Shown here piece after piece: positions 58,972-64,000 of a stretch of 64,000 nt of DNA. A program made the translations under genes and the position numbers. The stretch is from Candidatus Pacearchaeota archaeon CG_4_10_14_0_2_um_filter_35_33. GTDB taxonomy: Archaea > Nanobdellota > Nanobdellia > Pacearchaeales > GW2011-AR1. The first letter of the stretch is position 1. Each line of letters opens with the position of its first letter. The stretch spans positions 2,563-66,562 of the forward strand of contig PFOR01000027.1 in assembly GCA_002792635.1 (NCBI GenBank), read 5' to 3'. The notes under the pieces were generated by a model that worked only from the letters and a program-made list of their open reading frames with translations, had not been told where the DNA came from and ran no database searches.

Positions 58972-59043
58972 GGGACGGTAGCTCAGTGGGAGAGCACACG
59001 ACTGAAGCTCGTGGTGTCGGGGGTTCGATTCCCTCCCGTCCCA
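58972..59043 (+). tRNA. tRNA-Phe(GAA), CCA not encoded
   Basis: Acceptor GGGACGG/CCGTCCC-A; anticodon arm cacga-CTGAAGC-tcgtg; TTCGATT loop. Confidence 0.96.
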
Positions 59044-59093
59044 TTTGGGAATCGAACATACTCTTTTATATATGGAATATACTATAGATTAAG

Positions 59094-59480
59094 ATGATAG
59101 GCGTGATAATTGTTGCTGTAATAGGACTTCTATTGTCCTTGTATACGCTTTATGTAGAAGGAAGGCTAAAAAAAGATAAAAATTACAAGGCAGTCTGTGA
59201 TATTGGGAATGCCTCATGTACAAGGGTATTTAGTAGTGAATTTGGAAAGACCTTGGGGATTTCTAATGGAATATGGGGGATATTGTTGTATGTTATGATA
59301 TTGGCATTGGTTTGGTTGAATTTAACAGATTATGTTTTTTACATATCAATTATTGCATTTCTTGGAACTTTGTATTTGGCCTATACATCGTATTTTAGAT
59401 TGAAAGATTTTTGTTTAGTTTGCAGTGGAATCTATATTGTTAATGTTTTGCTTTTGGTATTTAGCTGGTTGGGAATTTAA
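59094..59480 (+). CDS. Vitamin K epoxide reductase (VKOR) family protein
   Basis: CDIGNASCTRVFSSEFG loop Cys pair and CLVC active site; 4 TM. Confidence 0.92.
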   Translation: MIGVIIVAVIGLLLSLYTLYVEGRLKKDKNYKAVCDIGNASCTRVFSSEFGKTLGISNGIWGILLYVMILALVWLNLTDYVFYISIIAFLGTLYLAYTSYFRLKDFCLVCSGIYIVNVLLLVFSWLGI

Positions 59481-59514
59481 AAACATTTATAAAAGAAAGT
59501 TGTTTTTATAGTTC

Positions 59515-59811
59515 ATGGTAAAAAAAGAGGTTGCTAGTAATAAGGTTCTTGATGATGGTGGACTTACAGGATGGAGTCTTGGTCTAATTGCTTTAATATT
59601 TTCCCTTATCTTTCCCATTGCCGGATTTATTATGGGTGTTGTTGGATTGATTGTTAACAGGAAGGAGAGAAGATATGCGAAAAACATGTTTACCAAAACC
59701 GGAAAGACGTTGAATATTGTTGCATTAGTTGTGAGTGTTATCTTGTTTATTGCCAGCCTTGTTGCTGTAACATATCTTGAAAGTGCGTTGAGCCAGATTG
59801 GAGGTATTTAA
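59515..59811 (+). CDS. Small membrane protein (DUF4190-like)
   Basis: SLGLIALIF...PIAGFIMGVVGL...TGKTLNIVALV. Confidence 0.65.
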   Translation: MVKKEVASNKVLDDGGLTGWSLGLIALIFSLIFPIAGFIMGVVGLIVNRKERRYAKNMFTKTGKTLNIVALVVSVILFIASLVAVTYLESALSQIGGI

Positions 59812-59813
59812 TA

Positions 59814-60410
59814 ATGAAAAAGAAAGGTGCCTTTGAGCTTTCTATCGGCACAGTGGTTGTTATTGTTATTGCGATGGCATTATTAATTATGGGTCTTGTT
59901 CTTGTCAGAAATATTTTTACAGGTGCCACTGAAAGTGTTGATAGGATTGATGATGGAATTAAAGAGGAGATACAGGGTGTTTTTTCGACGGAAAGAGATG
60001 ATGTCATTGTTAAACTGGGGGAAAGTAGAACAGCAAAAGTTAAGGCTAATGGTGAAAGGTTTGGAATAGTTTTGGGAGCCAGAACTCCTGATGGTTCTGC
60101 GGCAAGGGGTAGAGAAAGGTTGCAATATCAACTTTCTTTAGAAGAGCCTACTGGAAATAATTGTGCTTCTTTGATTGGAACAACAGCAACCAAAAATTTA
60201 TTTGAGACGCCTCTTGATAGTTATAGGGGTTTTGATCAGTACGACGGAGCTAATGCATATGCTTTAATTGAATTAAACATTCCTGAAGGTACCGCATCAT
60301 GCACTCAGAAAATTTACATAGATGTTAAAGACACTGATTCTGGGTTGACAGAACCTTATGTTGGGACTTTCTTTAGAATTGAAGTTCTAAAGTCCGGAAT
60401 ATTTGGTTAA
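59814..60410 (+). CDS. Pilin-like protein with class III signal peptide
   Basis: MKKKG/AFELSIGTVVVIVIAM. Confidence 0.75.
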   Translation: MKKKGAFELSIGTVVVIVIAMALLIMGLVLVRNIFTGATESVDRIDDGIKEEIQGVFSTERDDVIVKLGESRTAKVKANGERFGIVLGARTPDGSAARGRERLQYQLSLEEPTGNNCASLIGTTATKNLFETPLDSYRGFDQYDGANAYALIELNIPEGTASCTQKIYIDVKDTDSGLTEPYVGTFFRIEVLKSGIFG

Positions 60411-60411
60411 G

Positions 60412-61698
60412 ATGAGTCAATATTTGGATTTTGTTGATATGAAGTATAAGCCTAAGAAAGATGATTTGATTTGCTTGTTCAGAATAGAACCAAATGGATT
60501 GAGTTTTAATGATGCTATCGGAAGAGTTGCTGCTGAATCAAGTAATGGAACATGGACTACTCTTTCAACGTTAAAACCCCATATAAGAAAAATAAGAGGG
60601 CGGGCTTTTTATAGAAAAGGAAATTTAGTTAAGATTGCTTATCCGTCTGAATTGTTTGAACTTGGAAATATGGCTCAAGTTTATTCTGCTATTGCAGGAA
60701 ACATTTTTGGCATGAAGGCTGTCGATAATTTAAGACTTTTAGACATTGATTTTCCCGACATGATGATGAAATCGTTTAGAGGACCTCAGTTTGGAATTGA
60801 AGGAGTCAGGAAATTCATGAAGGTTAAAGGGAGACCTTTGACTGCAACAGTTCCAAAACCAAAAGTTGGAATGACTACAAGAGAACATGCAAAAGTTGGG
60901 TATGATGCTTGGATGGGAGGAATTGATTTTTTGAAAGATGATGAAAATTTAACAGATCAAAAATTCAATCGATTTAAAGCAAGGGCAAAGGCTTGTGCAA
61001 AGATGAGGGATAAGGCTGAAAAGAAAACTGGAGAGATAAAAGATTATTTCATTAATGTTACTGCTGAAAGTAAGGAGATGTTGAAGAGGGCTAAGATTGC
61101 AAAGAATTATGGCTTCAAATACGTAATGTGTGATATCGTTACTGCTGGATGGAGTGGATTACAAACACTTCGGGAACATTGCCAGGATTCTAAACAAGCG
61201 ATTCATGCACATAGGGCTATGCATGCCACATTCACGAGAAATCCTAAACATGGAATATCTATGTTAACCCTTGCTAAATCAGCAAGATTAGTTGGTGTTG
61301 ATAATATTCACATTGGAACAGTCATTGGAAAGCTAGTTGGAACAAAAGATGAGGTTTTAAATTTAGAAAGAGAAATGGAATATCATAGTATGAGGGAAGA
61401 TTTTAAGGAGGGTATTTTGGAAGAGGATTGGAAGAGGATAAAATCGGTATTTCCTTGTTCTTCCGGGGGTTTACATCCAGGAATCCTGCCAGAGATAATG
61501 GACATGATGGGCAAGAATATAATGGTTCAGCTTGGAGGGGGGATTCATGGGCATCCTGATGGAACAAAATCAGGAGCCATGGCGACTAGACAGGCAATTG
61601 ACGCTTATATAAGGAAAGTTAAAATAAAAGAAGCTACATTAATTTATCCTGAATTGACAAGAGCGTTGAATAAATGGGGTCATGAAAAGCCAGTTTAG
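60412..61698 (+). CDS. rbcL: RuBisCO large subunit, archaeal form III type
   Basis: AAESS.GT, GNIFG, KPKVG, LKDDE, HRAMH, HIGT..GK, SGG, GGG all present. Confidence 0.95.
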   Translation: MSQYLDFVDMKYKPKKDDLICLFRIEPNGLSFNDAIGRVAAESSNGTWTTLSTLKPHIRKIRGRAFYRKGNLVKIAYPSELFELGNMAQVYSAIAGNIFGMKAVDNLRLLDIDFPDMMMKSFRGPQFGIEGVRKFMKVKGRPLTATVPKPKVGMTTREHAKVGYDAWMGGIDFLKDDENLTDQKFNRFKARAKACAKMRDKAEKKTGEIKDYFINVTAESKEMLKRAKIAKNYGFKYVMCDIVTAGWSGLQTLREHCQDSKQAIHAHRAMHATFTRNPKHGISMLTLAKSARLVGVDNIHIGTVIGKLVGTKDEVLNLEREMEYHSMREDFKEGILEEDWKRIKSVFPCSSGGLHPGILPEIMDMMGKNIMVQLGGGIHGHPDGTKSGAMATRQAIDAYIRKVKIKEATLIYPELTRALNKWGHEKPV

Positions 61699-61732
61699 AT
61701 AAAATTAAAAGTCTCTATCTGCTAGATTATTT

Positions 61733-62296
61733 ATGGAGTATAAGAAGTATAAATGGTTTTACACGAAAAATAAGAAGTTAGTTGTGGCCGGAAAATCGGC
61801 AGAGAATAATGACAAATTGTTGAAGGAAATTCTGGATACTGGGAAAGAATATTGGGTTTGTCACACGAGCCATCCAGGTTCTCCTTTTTCAGTTATAATT
61901 GATGGAAGTAAAAAAGATATTGAAGAGGCAGCTATGTTTACAGGTTGTTTTAGCAGGGCTTGGAAACAGGGAAAAAAGAAAACAAAAGTTAATATTTTTA
62001 AATCAAGCCAATTACAAAAAATAAAAGGTATGAAAATTGGAACTTGGGGTGTTCTTGGGAGAGTTGAAAAAATGGAAGTGAGCTTAAAATTAGTTTTGAC
62101 AAAGCAAAAAAATGTTTGGAAAGCCGTTCCGGAAAAATCTGCTGGAAAAAAAATACTAGGAATTTGTCCAGGAAATGTTGACAAAGAAAAGAGGATTAGT
62201 GTATTAATAGATAAGATTAAAGAAAAGAGCAAGATGAAAATTGATAAGAACCAGCTTATTGCTGCATTGCCTGCGGGAGGATTTGAGATTTATTAA
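61733..62296 (+). CDS. NFACT-R (DUF814) RNA-binding domain protein
   Basis: WFYT....VVAGKSAENND.L, HT..PGSPF, AA.FT.CFSRAWK. Confidence 0.82.
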   Translation: MEYKKYKWFYTKNKKLVVAGKSAENNDKLLKEILDTGKEYWVCHTSHPGSPFSVIIDGSKKDIEEAAMFTGCFSRAWKQGKKKTKVNIFKSSQLQKIKGMKIGTWGVLGRVEKMEVSLKLVLTKQKNVWKAVPEKSAGKKILGICPGNVDKEKRISVLIDKIKEKSKMKIDKNQLIAALPAGGFEIY

Positions 62297-62525
62297 TGGT
62301 TATCTTTCCTCGAGATGATAATTTCATACGATGCATTTTTTGTTTGTAAGTTGCACGGATTTGATAGTGATTCCTTGAGACATGCAATCCTTCTTCTGTT
62401 GAACCTACAGTTATCAATTTATTTGGGATTTCATTATCTCTTAATTCTGTTGCAAGTTCATCATATGATTGAGCTATTTTTTCTAACTCTTCTTCCACTC
62501 TAGTTGTTTCAACTGGGTTTACCAT
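62256..62525 (-). CDS. Hypothetical protein, possibly degraded at the 3' end
   Basis: ATG with TATA upstream; N-terminal half protein-like; 3' end overlaps neighbour. Confidence 0.35.
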   Translation of the reverse strand: MVNPVETTRVEEELEKIAQSYDELATELRDNEIPNKLITVGSTEEGLHVSRNHYQIRATYKQKMHRMKLSSRGKITINKSQILPQAMQQ

Positions 62526-62575
62526 CTGGTTCCGAAAAAATATATGTTTTTAAACATTGCCGTTTTCTATAAATT

Positions 62576-62818
62576 ATGGTAGGAAAATTAATGAGATTTC
62601 AGATAGGAAAATCCGGGATAACTCCCGGCGTGATAGAAAGCCTTGCTAAAGCGTTTAGGACTCACAAAACTATAAGGATAAGCCTTCTAAAATCTGTTGG
62701 GATGGATAGGAATGAGAAAAAGAAAATTGCAGATGAATTATGTGAGAAACTTTCAGGGAATTATAAATATACTATAATCGGATTTACCATTGTTCTGAGA
62801 AAGGCAGGCAAGGGATAA
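62576..62818 (+). CDS. YhbY/CRM RNA-binding protein
   Basis: QIGKSGIT..VIE......H..I.I..L; IIGFTIVL. Confidence 0.88.
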   Translation: MVGKLMRFQIGKSGITPGVIESLAKAFRTHKTIRISLLKSVGMDRNEKKKIADELCEKLSGNYKYTIIGFTIVLRKAGKG

Positions 62819-62850
62819 GGTTTATAAGGGCTCTTTATCCAATATAGAAA

Positions 62851-63258
62851 ATGGCTGATGTGAGGACTATTGAAGCAGGAAAATATAACAATCTTTTAGC
62901 TGAGGCACTGAAAAAAATGGAGGAGTTTGAAGAACCAGAATGGGTTTGCCTTGTAAAATCAGGACCTCATAATTCTAGGCCAACTAATGATGAGAACTTT
63001 TGGTATAAAAGAGCTGCTAGTGTGTTGAGACAAATTTATCTTAGAGGAGTTGTAGGTGTTGAAAGACTCAGAACAAGATATGGTGGAAGAAAGGAGAGGG
63101 GTGTGAAGCCAAGTGAATTTAGAAAAGGCGGAGGGAAGATAATTAGAACAATTTTACAGCAAGCTGAAAAGGCTGGATTTATAGAAAAGGCCACTGGAAG
63201 TAAGAAAGGCAGACAATTAACAGAGAAGGGAAAGGAATTTATGGAGGGTGTACAATGA
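62851..63258 (+). CDS. rps19e: 30S ribosomal protein S19e
   Basis: PEW..VKSG, WY.RAASVLR..Y, GV..LR..YGG, IIR.ILQQ. Confidence 0.97.
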   Translation: MADVRTIEAGKYNNLLAEALKKMEEFEEPEWVCLVKSGPHNSRPTNDENFWYKRAASVLRQIYLRGVVGVERLRTRYGGRKERGVKPSEFRKGGGKIIRTILQQAEKAGFIEKATGSKKGRQLTEKGKEFMEGVQ

Positions 63259-63455
63259 CAAGACATTATCCAAAAAAAGTGAAGTTAGGTGTTCATGGAA
63301 GAAGAACCAAGTGGGCCCCTTTTTGGGCAGTAATAAAGAAATTTGGTCAAGGAAAAAGAAAGCATCCTAGTGAAATGACAAAAATAAGGAGACACTGGAG
63401 AAGAACTAAATTAAAAGTGAAACCTAGAAAATCTAGGAAGAGTCACTTTGGTTAA
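63255..63455 (+). CDS. rpl39e: 50S ribosomal protein L39e (divergent, extended)
   Basis: KK.KL......AP.W..IK...RRHWRRTKLK; lies before L31e. Confidence 0.85.
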   Translation: MTRHYPKKVKLGVHGRRTKWAPFWAVIKKFGQGKRKHPSEMTKIRRHWRRTKLKVKPRKSRKSHFG

Positions 63456-63457
63456 AG

Positions 63458-63997
63458 ATGACACAGGCAAATGAAAGAGAGTATGTAATTCCATTAAGAA
63501 AGGAATGGATGAAAAAACCCAGATATAAGAGAACGAGAGCTAGCGTAATTGGAATAAAAAAATTTATTGCTAAACATATGAAGGTTCCTGATAGGAATCT
63601 GGATAAGGTAAAGCTTGATGTTTATTTGAACAATGAGATATGGTTTAGAGGAAGTAAAAAACCACCTGCAAAGATAAAAGTAATTGCGAAAAGAGTTGAT
63701 GACAAGATAATTGTTGAACATGCTGAACTTCCGGATAAATGGACTTTTGCGAAAGCAAGGCATGAAAAGAGACATAAGAAAGCTGAAACTAAGAAAAAGA
63801 TAGAGAGGGCTGAAACAAGGTCTGAAGAGAGAACGGAAGAAAAGACGGAAGAAGAAAAGAAAGATGAATCTGAAAAGGCAAAGGCTGTTGCAGATGTTAG
63901 AGAAAAACAAGCTGAACAACAGGCTAAAGCACAGAAACAGATTGAAAAAGCAATGAAAGCGCCTAAGTCTCAGCCTAGGAAAGCGTTGAAGAAATAG
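63458..63997 (+). CDS. rpl31e: 50S ribosomal protein L31e with long charged C-terminal extension
   Basis: EREYVIPLR, PRYKR..., F.AKHMK, LN.EIW.RG.KKPP.KIKV. Confidence 0.95.
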   Translation: MTQANEREYVIPLRKEWMKKPRYKRTRASVIGIKKFIAKHMKVPDRNLDKVKLDVYLNNEIWFRGSKKPPAKIKVIAKRVDDKIIVEHAELPDKWTFAKARHEKRHKKAETKKKIERAETRSEERTEEKTEEEKKDESEKAKAVADVREKQAEQQAKAQKQIEKAMKAPKSQPRKALKK

Positions 63998-64000
63998 CTT

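Noticed and set aside
58900..59097. 65-aa ORF
   Set aside because: Overlaps the RNase P RNA end and tRNA-Phe.
1..64000. CRISPR array, cas genes, reverse transcriptase/DGR, provirus
   Set aside because: No spaced repeats, RT, integrase or capsid motifs recognised by eye; weak or degenerate cases could be missed.

Overview
Gene-dense, AT-rich archaeal DNA. The divergent archaeal 16S, form III RuBisCO, many class III signal-peptide proteins and compact TATA-to-ATG spacing suggest a DPANN archaeon, probably Pacearchaeota/Woesearchaeota-like (inference). Contents: argS; SRP RNA; a type IV pilus/Tad-like locus with seven pilin-like genes interrupted by an ArmA/Rmt/FmrO-like 16S methyltransferase; archease and RtcB; two large surface proteins; oapABC; CCA-adding enzyme; presenilin-like protease, aCPSF1, proteasome, Mre11/Rad50 and RNase J; the Pop5-psmA-SBDS-exosome superoperon; 16S-tRNA(Ala)-23S; RNase P RNA; tRNA(Phe); RuBisCO; ribosomal proteins. 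The main discovery is a 7.8-kb cargo-carrying transposon (38346-46165) inserted at the SBDS stop codon. It is bounded by 24-bp imperfect inverted repeats resembling IS6/IS26 ends and by a 9-bp target duplication. It carries one IS6-like transposase broken by a nonsense codon, a small Zn-ribbon gene, an AbrB/PhoU-like regulator and a tightly coupled radical SAM - methyltransferase - GT2 - nucleotide kinase - PIG-L - WbqC - Nudix operon of unknown product. Also notable: substitutions at near-invariant peptidyl-transferase/tunnel bases of 23S, tRNA trailers complementary to their own T-loops, and several eroded accessory genes. All calls are from motif recognition by eye; no searches were run.
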